The notes beneath the pieces were generated by a model. The model was not told the origin of the DNA. It saw only the letters and a list, made by a program, of their open reading frames with translations, and did no database searches. A program made the translations under genes and the position numbers. A DNA stretch of 64,000 nt from Eledone cirrhosa (taxonomy: Eukaryota): NCBI GenBank assembly GCA_964016885.1, contig OZ024747.1, positions 93,000,001 through 93,064,000 of the forward strand. Reading direction: 5' to 3'. Positions 27,321 through 39,671 of the stretch are shown piece by piece. The number at the start of each line of letters is the position of its first letter. Within the stretch, counting starts at the first letter, position 1.

Positions 27321-27785
27321 GAAGCACTCACATCATACTAACATGCACCTTTGATGAAGTGTAGTGCACCTGAGTACTGTACACAATACTTTTCATTATT
27401 ATCATGACCATCACTCACATAAACATACTACACAGACACACACACACATAGAAGACATAGCCAGAATTATGTATAACACCTCCATAACACACACAACACA
27501 CATTATTAGAGCACTGATGGGAACTATATATGACCAATATAAAGAAACATCAGAGTACAAACATTGCATTAACTCTGGATGATGCCATCCCTGTCTGAAA
27601 TCCCAATCCATCCATGAAAGTCCTCAAACCAGCACATACTACACCATCCCGAACTGTACACAAACAATACCCATAGACTATCTACACAGCCAAATAGAAA
27701 TACTAAATATGAAACACCACAATGTCATGCGATGATTAGTTTCCTCAGTCAACTCCAACACTTACAGGCTACGCTTACATTCTAC

Positions 27786-27986
27786 ACTTAGCATTTAAAC
27801 CGGCCATATCCTGCCAGAATTCTCGCACCTCTTTCAGTTCAAACCAGTCATAATCGGTGGCTCATATCGACATTAAGGTATTGCTCTTAAAATAAATATC
27901 AAAATCTCGTAGTTTCAATATTGTTAGATAAAGCCTTTTCTGTAAAAATACGATAATAAATATAGAGGAATGGGAATGCTAAAGGG
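27786..27986. mobile_element. piggyBac-type MITE family A
   Basis: TTAGCATTTAAACCGGCC...AATGCTAAAGGG|TTAA; homologous to 33296, 42687, 48926, 56070. Confidence 0.7.
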
Positions 27987-28276
27987 TTAAACATCTACAT
28001 TGCCCCAGAACACAGTTACAAAACCAGCCTGAAAATCACTATGCTTCTCATGAAATTGAAATAAACACCAACCCTACATACACACAAACATAGTTTGAGT
28101 ATCAGTAACCATTTGCCCTTGTGTTCCAACCAAACTGACTTTGCTGATCTTTGTTGTGGCCATCAGCAGAACATACTGTATATACAAAAAGAGCTTGTTT
28201 AACCTGCTAGAAAAACAGCCAAATCTTAAAATTACACCATATGATCTTTTAAAAATGGAAGGACATTTTAAATAAT

Positions 28277-28450
28277 TGTTTCTACTTTAGGCACAAGGCC
28301 AGCAATTACCCAGTACATTACTGGTACTTTATTTTATCGACCCCGTAAGGATGAAAGGCAAAGTTAACCTCGACGGGATTTGAACTCAGACTGTAAAGGG
28401 ACGTAACTATGCTAGAAAGCATGGCGTCCAACCCTCTACCAATACTGCCA
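28277..28450 (-). mobile_element. MetaSINE-type SINE with ~12-bp TSD
   Basis: TSD ATTTTAAATAAT at 28265-28276 and 28451-28462. Confidence 0.88.
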
Positions 28451-30489
28451 ATTTTAAATAATGTCCTCTATACAGGCTGTCATTATTTTTTTTCTTCTAC
28501 TTAAGTCAGGCGAATTGCCCTGTTCAATTCTACTTTTCTCAGCCAGATGTCACAATCTTCCATCACTTTCTTTTCCATGCTTGCATGGGCTGGATTGCTG
28601 ATGACAGGCCAAGTCACTACTTTATTGGAATAAAGGCAGCCAGTGGCTAGGTAGCAGTGTTAAACCAGTTGACAGATATAGCCTATCACTCATGGACACA
28701 CAGGTACACAAACACATCCATGTATTTTGTAATATATGAATGTGTGTAGGTGTATGCATGCCTGTCTGAGGTATAGTAAATCTGTCAACTGGTTTGACAC
28801 CACCACCTAGCTTTAGTTCAATTTAGTACTGACTTGGTCTGTGATGACCAATCTAGCCCATGGAAAAAATACCAACATTAAGTGATAATGATGATAGTAG
28901 TGTTGGTGCCATGATGTAAAGCACCCAATCTAACTTGTAAGGTGATAGTACCAGCGACATGATAAAATACTCCCAGTACACTCTGTAAAGTCGTTGGTGT
29001 TAGGAAGAACATCGAGTCGTAGAAACCAAGCCAAATCAAAGCATATGAGCAAGACCTAGTCACCTGACCAGTTTGGCCTCAGCATGCAACAGCTGCCTAA
29101 CCCATGCAAGCATGGAAAATCAACATTAAACAGGGATGATGATGATATATATATGGTTGTGTCAAAGACATGATAACCTCCCTAATGCTGGTGTCATGGT
29201 AAAATACATTTGGTAGAGTATGTAAGCAAGATGCAAACCCCAGCACTTCTGGAAGGTCAGTAGCCCTGCTTGAGCACTGATTTGGTCTGTGAAGAGAAAA
29301 CAGGTGTTAATTGCTGATGATTAATAAATATATACAAACATATAGTTGAGTGCTTATTTTAACGATGCGGGCAAATTTTCCCATTAATTTCCCGCCTTTT
29401 TTATACTCTACAGTAGTAGTACAGCAACTTGATATTTAAGTCTCTGAGGCAGACACATACATAAACATAACTAGATACTACAATCCTGTGATGTACCTAA
29501 ACAGACATTCTCTGATTACCCTGTGTTGTTACTGGACAAGCTTACTGAGGATCCCTTGTCAACTCCAGGGTTGCTGTGTAACTAACTGTTAGACTATGCA
29601 CTTACTAACAGTTTGGCATCAGTGAAACCATGTTGATTTGGGTATATACATATATATATGAGAATAACATTAAGAAAGATGCTGTGTTTACATAAAGCGT
29701 TTATTCATTATAATTATTTCTATGGCGACCCATATGCAATTCAAGATGTAGTATTTACATTTGTTGCTGGTATGGGTGTGATTTCCTCAGATGAATTTCC
29801 GTTTATGTGATATGCTGCAGGCAAAAACATGTTCTTCTTGCATGCCCAACAAGCATATATATATATATAATATCTTTTTTAGTAATTGATTCGTTAATGG
29901 TTGATATCAGTTGCTTTGTTTGATTATTGCCACCCGTTTACTAAATCTGTATGAGTATGCTCAGATTCTGAAATATATCTCAGTTATCATTGAGCAAGTT
30001 AGAAGGTGGCAAAGTGTTGTGTTGCCCTAGGTGCCCAAAGAATTGAGTGGTAGTGTGATTTGATAAATCTATTAGTAAATATGTATGTATGCATATATAT
30101 ATATAATCATTTTACATCCAGTTTCTATGCTGGCAAGGTTTGAACAGGTTGTACACTAGTTGAGGAACTACATCTTGCTCATATATTCCATATTTCACCT
30201 AGTTTCTCCAGCTGGGTGCCCTTCTTAATGCTAACCATTTTACAGAGTGTACTGGATGCATTTTATCATGGAACCACCACCACTTAAGAGGTCCTCAGGT
30301 ACTTAACATGTACAGAGGATTTTCTCTACTCTATGTTGTCTTGGTATTCCTGAGAAAGGAGAAGACTGAGTGCATTCCATTTGTGTCCCCAGAAGTTGTC
30401 TCAGACATTGCAGACTTAAAGGACATTTCATTACATTTACCTTTAATGCAAGCATGGAAAAGCAAATGTAAAAAAAAAAATTATTTATT

Positions 30490-30726
30490 TCATCATCATC
30501 ATCATCATCATCATCTTCGTTTAATGTCTATCTTCCACGCTAGCATGGGTTAGACGGGAGTTGTCCCACTCGAGGCAAGATTGATCGGGTGACCGTGTCT
30601 CGCTCATATAGAACTATCTGGCAGGTTTTCTACGGTTGGATGCCCTTCCTAACACCAACCACATTTACAGTGTGCACTGGTAGCGTTTTACCATGTTACC
30701 TACATGGCCACATTACAGCGAGGACT
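30490..30726 (-). mobile_element. RTE-tailed bipartite/SINE fragment
   Basis: (CAT)n, CTTCCACGCTAGCATGGGTT, GGATGCCCTTCCTAACACCAAC. Confidence 0.8.
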
Positions 30727-30748
30727 GTTTTTTTTATATATATATATA

Positions 30749-30990
30749 TTGTTATACTTTAGGAGGGTCATGCTGCCAATAAAATCACATGCACCTGTTG
30801 GCTTTCACCTCAATTCATTATAAATTTCCGGTTGGTTGGTTGCTTCAATAACTGGATGGTTGTTTATGTATTGTCAAAGCTCTTTCGTCACACATTCTGT
30901 GACCTCCTCAGTGACTGGGTTTTTATTTTGTCTCTCTCCTTTGTTCTGTCCTACACCCGATCTTGCAAAACAAATTCAAAAACGAAGTAC
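30749..30990 (-). mobile_element. Short non-autonomous PLE-type element: HHR plus CATGACCCTCCTAAAGTATAACAA tail
   Basis: Tail homologous to 700-724; HHR at 30873-30915; both ends abut (TA)n. Confidence 0.7.
30873..30915 (-). ncRNA. Minimal type-I hammerhead ribozyme motif
   Basis: gtca-CTGAGGA-g-GTCACA-gaatg-TGTGAC-GAAA-gagc-TT-tgac. Perfect helix I (4 bp) and helix II (6 bp); tiny self-complementary helix III. Confidence 0.75.
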
Positions 30991-31137
30991 ATATATATAT
31001 GTATAGTTTAATGATTTGTAACTTTACATTACTATTGGATCACCAACTTGAGCACTTGGTGTAGGTCCATTTTAGTAAAGTATGCGGTGCTATACTATGT
31101 TCAGTCTCCTTCCTAAGCATAGTGTTAATAATAATAA

Positions 31138-31590
31138 TAATTTTCTACTTTTGGCACAAGGCCAGCAATTACTTCAGTGTATTACTGGCACTTTATTTTA
31201 TCGACCCTGTAAGGATGAAAGGCAAGTTAACCGAGGCGGGATTTGAACTCAGGCCGTAAAGGGCCGTAACTCTATACTGCAAAGCATGAATAGAAACAAG
31301 ATCTCAAAGTATTATCATTAAATTTATTCAGGTGTGGCGTGTGTTTTGTGATTAAGGAAACCACAAGCCTGATGAACTATTGATTCCAAAGTCAGGCCCG
31401 ATTAATATGGATTGTACCTTGAACTAATCAATCAGGAAACACGTGTCACACCTGAATAAATTTAATGATGATACTTTGACATTTCGTTCCTAAACTTTGC
31501 CTTTCATCCTTACAGGGTTGATAAAATAAAGTACCAGTAATGCACTGGGATAATTGCTGGCCTTGTGCCAAAAGTAGAAACAATTATTAT
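31138..31590. repeat. Nested inverted repeat: MetaSINE(-) / ~60-bp-arm fold-back with HHR-like core / MetaSINE 3' part(+)
   Basis: Inner arms 31293-31353 and 31430-31490 (TCAAAGTATTATCATTAAATTTATTCAGGTGTG); outer SINE pieces 31138-31288 and 31492-31590. Confidence 0.8.
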
Positions 31591-31743
31591 TATTATATAT
31601 AGCTATAAATGTGGTTGGTGTTAGGAAGGGCATCCAGCTGTAAAATACCCAGCTAAATTGACAGTCCTCGCCGGAGCAAGGTGCGACATGGCCAACCATG
31701 GCCAAACTTGATGCTAAACAGAAATGATGATGATGATGATAGC

Positions 31744-32385
31744 CATAAAAACCAAGCCAAAATATAGCCCCGAGATACTTGAACTATTCCACCTGCTTCA
31801 GTGGAACTCCACTCACATGTAGAGTGCACTGTGCAGGCTTCCTTGAGAGGACGAGTGTTTGTTTTAGTAGCACTGATTTTCATTCCTACTGTGCAGCACT
31901 GACTCGGCAGCAAACCTATGTAGTGCATGTTGGGGATCACCTTCTAGTGAGTTAAGTAGTACCATGTCATCTGCAAATTCCAGTTGACTGATCCTACATC
32001 TGCCAGTCTTGATACCACTTCCAACCCTGCCATGCATGTCGATCCTGTCCATTAAGATTATGAACAGGAGAGGTGACAATATGCACCCTTGGCAGAGTCC
32101 AACACTCGCATTGAATGGTTTCGACTAAACACCATTTATCTGAACACAAATACTTGGACATTCATATTGAGACATCAGGGCAACAAGAAGCTGTTCATCA
32201 ATCCCATACTCCTGCAGAACCTTCCACAGCAGGTCCCAAACGTGGTCATATGCCTTTTCAAGGTTTACAAAACAAGCATACACGTCTTGGCAATACTCCC
32301 ACAATTTCTCTTAGACTTGCCACTGTGTTAATATTTGGTCAGCAATGCTGCATTTGGGTAAAAAACCACACTATTCATCTTTACA
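31744..32385 (-). mobile_element. Expander/Rex3-like RTE RT fragment
   Basis: LSPLLFIILMDRID...RISQLEFADDMVLL..QHALHRFAAE. Confidence 0.85.
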
Positions 32386-33295
32386 TGTATGAGACTATAT
32401 TACATTATCCAATGCTGTATCTTTTTGTAAAGAAAAAACAAAAATAGTGAAATATAAAAAAATAATGATAAAATTAATAAAATAACATTTAACAATTTAT
32501 ATTATCGAAATTAATAAATAATGAAAAATACTTGCTGAAATTGAGTGGAGAATTAATCATTAAGCAAATATAACAAATTTGTACATTTATTGGCAGAGGA
32601 AAATAGAACTGTTAATAGATTAAATGATTCAGAAAATGGCTAAGTTAAATTGTCTTATTGGTGTCAAGCTTAGCATACCAAATCTATACACTACAAATGA
32701 AACAAGGTGCTTTAGATTTTAATAATTTTAAACATATTTCTTGAGATTTTTTTTCCACGACAAAAAAAAATGTGTTGAGTGATTGTTTCCAATTATCTGT
32801 CATTAAAGTTAATCAAGTATTTAGAATAATCGATGAAGTTAAAAGGTAAAAAAATTATAATTTTAAAGACCATAACCACTTAGAAGTAAAAACAATATGG
32901 ATGCTCCATTCATTCTTGAAAAGAGGTGCTGGAAGTTAATTGTAAAACAATTAATTCAGAGCAACCTTAAAGAAAAGAATATGGATGCTGAAGACTGATA
33001 AAATAAATTCTTCATGGAAAATTAGATACACTATTAAAATAATTTAGATGAATCCTAGCTTCTTTCCAATGGTAAAATAAGCAAAATCTATGAGGCATTC
33101 CTGAGTGAAAACTACTCGATACAAGGCTGTTATATGGCTATTAACCCTTTTCATACCAAACCTCTTGAAACTTCCCCTAATTTTACAAAGCAGTTTATTT
33201 TTAAATGTTTATATTATCTAAAAATCTTCCATCATAATTTTATGTAAGAATTGATATGTTTCAAATATCGACTTAATAATAAGAAAGTGAGTTAA

Positions 33296-33503
33296 CCCTT
33301 TAACATTTACATTACTCTATGTTTACTATTGTATTTTCACGGTAAAGGCTTTATTTCACATAATATTGATTCTACGAGATTTTGATATTATTTATTTTGA
33401 GAATAATACCTTAACATAAGTATGAGCAGATGGTTACGGCCAGTTTCAGCAGAAAGAGGTGAGAGAATTCTAGCCAGATATGGCTGGTTTAAATGCTAAA
33501 GGG
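33296..33503. mobile_element. piggyBac-type MITE family A with TTAA TSD
   Basis: TTAA|CCCTTTAACATTT...AAATGCTAAAGGG|TTAA; sits at a TTAA within a family-B copy (33145-33291). Confidence 0.85.
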
Positions 33504-33789
33504 TTAAAGTTCTTGATCTACATTTTTTGCCTTTTATAATTTGATCTTAAAAATAATATATTCAACTTTGAAACAACTTGTTCATCATAAATATATACAC
33601 TCTTAACTAAAATGATCATAAAGTTTTAAAATTGTTTTAGAGATAATATTTAGGAAAAGTAGTAATGATTACTGTTGTGTTTTGTTTTTGTTTTGTTTTT
33701 TTTTACTTTTTGCTTTGTTGTGTTTTTTAATTGCTTCTTTTTATACTTTTTAATTGGTTTTTGTGTTTGTTTGTTTATTTGTTTTTCAG

Positions 33790-33894
33790 AGGATGAACAA
33801 AAACGGGAATTATGTAAAGTAAAATTTTCTGAGAATGATATGCGTTTATTACGTGATGCAATTGAAGATCTCTATTATTTTGAGTTTGTTATTG
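33790..33894 (+). CDS. TM9SF1: TM9SF1 internal exon (phase 1-1)
   Basis: Long T-tract tttcag|AG GAT...ATT G|gtaagt; (K)DEQKRELCKVKFSENDMRLLRDAIEDLYYFEFVI matches TM9SF1 ...LRQAIEELYYFEFVV; frame is continuous with the previous exon. Confidence 0.93.
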
Positions 33895-34145
33895 GTAAGT
33901 AAACTTAACAATTTAATTTCATCAAAAGATTCCTTTGCTATATGTTTGAAATATTGGTAAATCAATTCAGATATCTAATATTCTCTTCCTGAGTTTCCTA
34001 TTTTTCAAGAGAAAATATTCCTCTTTCAGTTGTTTATTTCAAGCATTTAGGAGTAGTTATATATATATATAGTAATAATAATAATAATGTGAAGACTAAA
34101 ATCTAAAGAGGGCTCAATAAGGATGAATATATATCAAATATATAA

Positions 34146-35020
34146 GAGTAGAAAAGAGGACAAAACCCTGATTCCGTCAGGGAAATGGCCATGTTCGATA
34201 TGCAGAAAAGGAACTGGCATAAATTCTATAAAATGCACACAATGTAGGTCCTGGGTACACAAGAGATGTAGCGGGATAGCAGGCAAACTAACAGGTAGAG
34301 AGAAATATGTATGCAGTAGATGTACAGGGAAATTAGACAGTAGAAGTCGCACTGATAGACACATTTTTCAAATGCGAGAGGGCGCTATAGAAGTGGTGGA
34401 TAGCTTCCGGTACCTAGGAGATCAGATTAGCAAGGGAGGAGGGTGTTCCGAGGCCATAGTATCTAGAATAAGGACGGGTTGGAAGAAGTTTAGGGAGCTG
34501 CTTCCTCTGTTGACGAAGAAGGGTTTCTCCCTGCGTACGAAAGGCCGGTTGTATGATGCCTGTGTGAGGAGCGCGATGCTGCATGGTAGTGAGACATGGG
34601 CAGCTACCGCAGAAGATATGCGACGGCTGGAGAGAAATGAGGCAAGCATGCTCCGTTGGATGTGCAGTGTAAATGTGCGTGAACGACCCAGCATAAATGT
34701 GTTGAGAGAGAAACTGTGTCTGAGAGGGATAGAATGTAGTGTACGGGAGAGGAGACTGAGGTGGTATGGACATGTGATGCGCATGGAGGATGACCGATGG
34801 GTGAAGAAGTGCCAGGAAATGCCAGTTGAAGGAAGACGTGGTAGAGGTAGACCACGAAAAACATGGGCGGAGGTGGTGAGAACAGACCTCAGATCATTGA
34901 AGCTCACGGTGGAGATGACGAGGGACCGTGACGAGTGGAGAGATGCTGTGCTGAATAAGACCCGTCCCACCCTTGCAAGCAGGGAAAAGCGGACGTAAAA
35001 TGATGATGATGATGATGATA
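34146..35020 (+). mobile_element. 5'-truncated RTE LINE, near-identical to 2615-3440, with intact C-terminus
   Basis: SRKEDKTLIPSGKWPCSIC...[12 protein letters not shown] followed by (TGA)n tail. Confidence 0.95.
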
Positions 35021-36054
35021 AGAACCCTAGAGCAAATATTTATTAAAATAACAGATTAAAGTTTAAGCAATACAAGCTTAGAAAAATGATGATGATGATA
35101 TATAATTACATGCACACACACACACACACACACATATGTATAACAATGAATACATATACGTGCATATATATATATATATATAGATAGAGAGAGAGAGAGA
35201 GAGACTTCTAAAGTAAATATTTCATTATCATCAAAACTGGCATAATAATATGATGATGATGATGTGTTTACTGTAAGAACACTTTTCAAAGTATACGCAC
35301 ACACATATATTCTCATAATTTGTAGCTTAACTATGCAACATCTCAAATATATACTCAGTGTGCATTATGCATTTTCATAGAGATAATTTTTACATGTGTC
35401 TAAGTATGTGAGCGTAGTTAATATTCAAAATTTGTATTTATATTTTCATTCTGGCACCACCACCACCACCCACACACACTGCTCTCTCTCTCTCTCTCTG
35501 ATTTTGAGGGATTTTTTTTTTTTTTTTTCATAGATATTTAATTGCAGGTATAATTTATTTTGGCAGATACAAAATTTATACGAATTTTTACTATAATATA
35601 AAATACAGAATTTTAAGCAGATTTGATTTAATTGAATTATGCTTATATTTCCTCCCTTTTTTTATATTTACTTCTTTTTACTGAGGAATGTTTCATTTAA
35701 CTGTCAGAACAATTTCATCTGTAATTTACAAGTCTTCATTGGATAGAACTTTTACATTATAGAAAATGGAAAGTTAATCATTCACAGTAATTATTGAATT
35801 TCATTGGTCTTTAAGTTATCGTGATTGATTTAAATATTTCATTTTTAAGGATTAGTTAATTTTGCCCTTTGAAATATCAATATATTTATTAATAACTAAT
35901 TTGAAAATTGAAAACCTTACAGCAATTTTCTGAATTCCTTGAACCTATATATAACTAAGCGGAAGCTCATTTAATGTAGCATCCTTAAAAACAAAGTTAA
36001 ATTTATATTTTACATTTAACTTAAATGCAAATGCCAACCCAAAGTACATTTTAA

Positions 36055-36583
36055 CTCATTAGTTACCAATCTGGCCAAAACTGGCTTTGGTTCTATGGAA
36101 ACAAAACCACCCATTTTAAAGGTTTACAATTTAAATTAAAATCTTCCAACATAATTTTATAAAAGAACCTTACATTAAGTTACTATCTTAGTAATGAAAT
36201 AATTTATCATTTTAGTAGATCCATCAAAATACTTCATTAATTAATTGAAATAGAGTGTATTTCATTAGAAATGCAGTCATGAAAGGTTTAACCCTTTAGT
36301 TAACAACTTGGCCAAAACCAGCTCTGGTCCTATGAAATAAAATCACCTATTTTAACCCTTTAGTTACCAATACAGCCAAAACCAGCTCTGGTTCTATGAA
36401 ATAAAGCCATCAATTTTAAAGGTTTACAATTTAAATTAAAATCTTCCAACATAATTTTATAAAAGAACCTTACATTAAGTTACTATCTTAGTAATGAAAT
36501 AATTAATAATTTTTAGTAAATCCGTCAAAATTCTTCATTAATTAATTGAAATAGATTGTATTTCATTAGAAATACTGTCATGG
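36055..36583. mobile_element. Tandem piggyBac-type MITE family B copies joined at TTAA
   Basis: 36055-36287 and 36356-36583 nearly identical, with partial copy 36292-36351; junctions are TTAA|CCCTTTAGTTA. Confidence 0.75.
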
Positions 36584-37214
36584 TTCAAGACAATCCAAAG
36601 TTAGTACTTGTTGGTATAGAGCAGTAAGTAGCCATTAGTGTGTGAGCACCCAGCTGAAATCAAGCAGTCATATAAACTCTTTATATTTGCATTCCTGACA
36701 TTTTTTCTGAGTTTAGAAAAAATGTTTGTCTTTGAGTGTTTGTTTACAATTATAGCTACCTCTGGTAGTTTATCCTTCTTATTATCTAATTCTTACTCTG
36801 TGAGTGGCGCCATTTAATATAATATAATCATTCATTTTTTTTTTTTTTTCAAGTGTAAATTCAGTAAAGTAAATAAATTTTAGATTTCTTGTAGGATTGA
36901 ACGAAAAACATTTTCTTAAATTTGATTTCCTTTAATCTCCGTTATATTTTCATTCATATTTAGTTGAAAATTGTATGTTTACTAAATAATATCTGTGTCC
37001 AAAACATATACATACATGTTTTCAGCTGATAGTTTAGATACTTATTTCAAATATTCCTTCAAAGTAAATTAGGTCAAAGAGATGTTGAGAAAGATGTAAT
37101 TCTTGTTGCGAGGATAAAATCCTAAATAGTTAAATAACAAGTTGCTTTCCTATACTTCTTAAATCATATATATATCATCATTATTTAATGTCTATTTTTC
37201 CACCCAGGCATAGG

Positions 37215-37258
<44 letters not shown>

Positions 37259-37377
37259 TCATCATCGTTTAACGTCCATCTTCCACGCTGGCATGGGTTA
37301 GACGGGTTTGTCCAATTTAGTGGCAAGTTGGGTTGGGTGACCGTGTCTCACTCATATATATATATATATATATATAT

Positions 37378-37920
37378 GAAAAGGCAAACAGAAATAACAA
37401 AGTAAACGACATAGTACAGTTTTACACTTGATATAGTAGGAAAAGAGTCATAACGTTTTGGACACTAGTCCTTTATCAGAAAATAGAATGAGAAATTAAA
37501 GAAGAAATAGAAAGATAGAAGAGAGTGGGCAGTGCCAGAAGTGAAAAAAAATTTCTTGGGGAAATTTAAGTTGTCATCTCTGGGAAAACTGTTGAATCTG
37601 GTGTTGGTGAATAAGAAAATCAATTGGTCTTGTTTTAAAAGGCATTGATTGAAGGTGTCTAGCTGAAAAAGAAAAACTCATTTTGTATATAAAGAGTGTG
37701 TGTTTGTTGTTTGTCTGTATGAAGCTATGAGGATATGTGTGTGTGTGCATGTGTTTTGTTGTAAGTATGAAGCAATGAGGATATGTGTGTATAAGTTTAA
37801 GAGGGTGTGTGTGTTAGTTGTTGCTCCATACAGAGCTGTGGGGGTAAGTGTAGAGATATGTGCGTGTTTGTTGTTGGTTTGTACAGGTTGGGGGAGGGGT
37901 GGTTCTGACCATAACAGAAC
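37378..37920 (-). mobile_element. PLE-type 3' UTR remnant with decayed HHR (37449-37482)
   Basis: Shares AATAGTAGGAAAAGAGT..AACGTTTTGGACACTAGTCCTT..ATCAGAA..ATAGAATGAG with 21200-21260. Confidence 0.5.
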
Positions 37921-39151
37921 CATATATATCATATTTTCGTACTTGCATTTTTAACAAGAGTTATTATTAATGTAATTGACTGGAGGAGTTTTAAATTCAT
38001 CTTTTGAGTTCCTATATTAAACCTCCATTTCAGTTAGTATATTCTCTAACCTTATTCAGGTACCGTAATTTTGAAAATATATCTTGAAACTTTACAACAG
38101 CCATTATGTCATAAGTTCAGCAAGGTATATAACTATTTTTTTTTTCTTCAACTTGCCTGGCTGCTAATGATTTACACTAATATTTCATGACTGATCGGTT
38201 TGCTGGAGAAACAGCATCAAACAGGTGTAAATATGTAAATGTAAAAGAAATCTTTCCAATATTAGCATGAAAAACTGCATGTAATTTTTTTTTTTAAATT
38301 ACTTTTAACTTAAAATCAAATTTTGCAACAGAATCCTGTAGAGTGGTACATAAAATTATTGAAAAATCCATGTTATGGATAGAAATTTGGTTGCTGCCCA
38401 AGGATATGTTATATACACAAAAAACATTGTACTTGAAAATGATTAGAAAATATACTGATAGATACATAGTTTAGAAATATATACTACTTCATTGATATTT
38501 TCAATGTATCACATTTAGAATTTATTTCCATCTGAAAAAAATTGGTAAAATATATATTTTTTTTTTTTTTTTTTTTTTTTAAATATATACACTTTTTGCT
38601 AATGACATTCAATATTTTTCATGTCTATTTTCAAGTTAGCAATTTTAATGATCTTGAAATTAATTATAAAGCGAATGGTTACCAAGTTAAGAACATCAAT
38701 ATGTTATCTTTCCAAAATGGCTCTCAAATGCTGTTTACTAGGCTGATAGCATTAACAATATTATCGGTGTAAACTAATCCAATCCAATTCAATCCAGAGT
38801 CTTCTCACTCTTCTTGCCGGAATCCCTCCCATGTTGACCTCCACAGCTTTCTGTTTTGCGGATTAGTGAGGCTATTTAATACATAATTGAGGTGGATGGC
38901 CATTGACTCTGAGGAGTTCATCCACCCTTTTAACAGCTCTTGTATTTTCTATTGCTGGGGTTCCACTACCCTCCTCACCAGACCAGGGTCTGGTGAGGGA
39001 GCCAGTTTAGTCATCGGCCATGTAACAGGTTGTACTGTATTACATGGTACCAATAGCAGGCAGAAGCCTGACCGGAATGTAAACTAGTACAACCACATAC
39101 ACACACACAAGCAGGGAAAAGCTGACGTAAAATGATGATGATGATGATAAA

Positions 39152-39340
39152 TTTTGTTATATTTAGGGAGAGTCATGTTGTTATAATATTGCCAAAAATA
39201 TATAATAAAACACACTCACTGTTTTATTATATATTTCTGGCAATATTATAACAACATGACCCTCCCTAAATATAACAATATTTGTTTCAACACACAATTT
39301 CATATCAAAAACCCTGCAAAACGAATTCATCGCCACACAC
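39152..39340. repeat. Palindrome of the PLE terminal tail (arms ~39152-39212 / 39220-39278) plus one-sided extension
   Basis: TTGTTATATTTAGGGAGAGTCATGTTGTTATAATATTGCCA...TGGCAATATTATAACAACATGACCCTCCCTAAATATAACAA; homologous to 655-724. Confidence 0.85.
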
Positions 39341-39504
39341 GCGCATATATATATATATATATAGCCGTCGAAACGGCTTGAGCTCTGCCGTCGGGGTCAT
39401 ACTTTTTCCTATTTCCCACTCTACTACCCTAAGTATTGAGTACTCTGGTGCGTTATGGTCCATCTGGTTCCTTACCACAATTCCTTTGTTATATATATAT
39501 ATAT

Positions 39505-39657
39505 ATCATCATCATCATCATCGTTTAACGTCCATCTTCCACGCTTGCATGGGTTTGGACGGGAGTTTTCCCACTTGAAACAAGATTGGTTGTCCTGCTC
39601 GTATAGGACTGTCTGGCAGGTTTTCTACGGCTGGATGCCCTTCCTAACACCAACCAC
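39505..39657 (-). mobile_element. RTE tail fragment
   Basis: Reverse complement matches 40455-40610. Confidence 0.8.
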
Positions 39658-39671
39658 GTATATATATATAT

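Noticed and set aside
29540-29640. CTGAGGA...GAAACCATG possible hammerhead
   Set aside because: Internal hairpins exist, but helices I and II do not close on the core.
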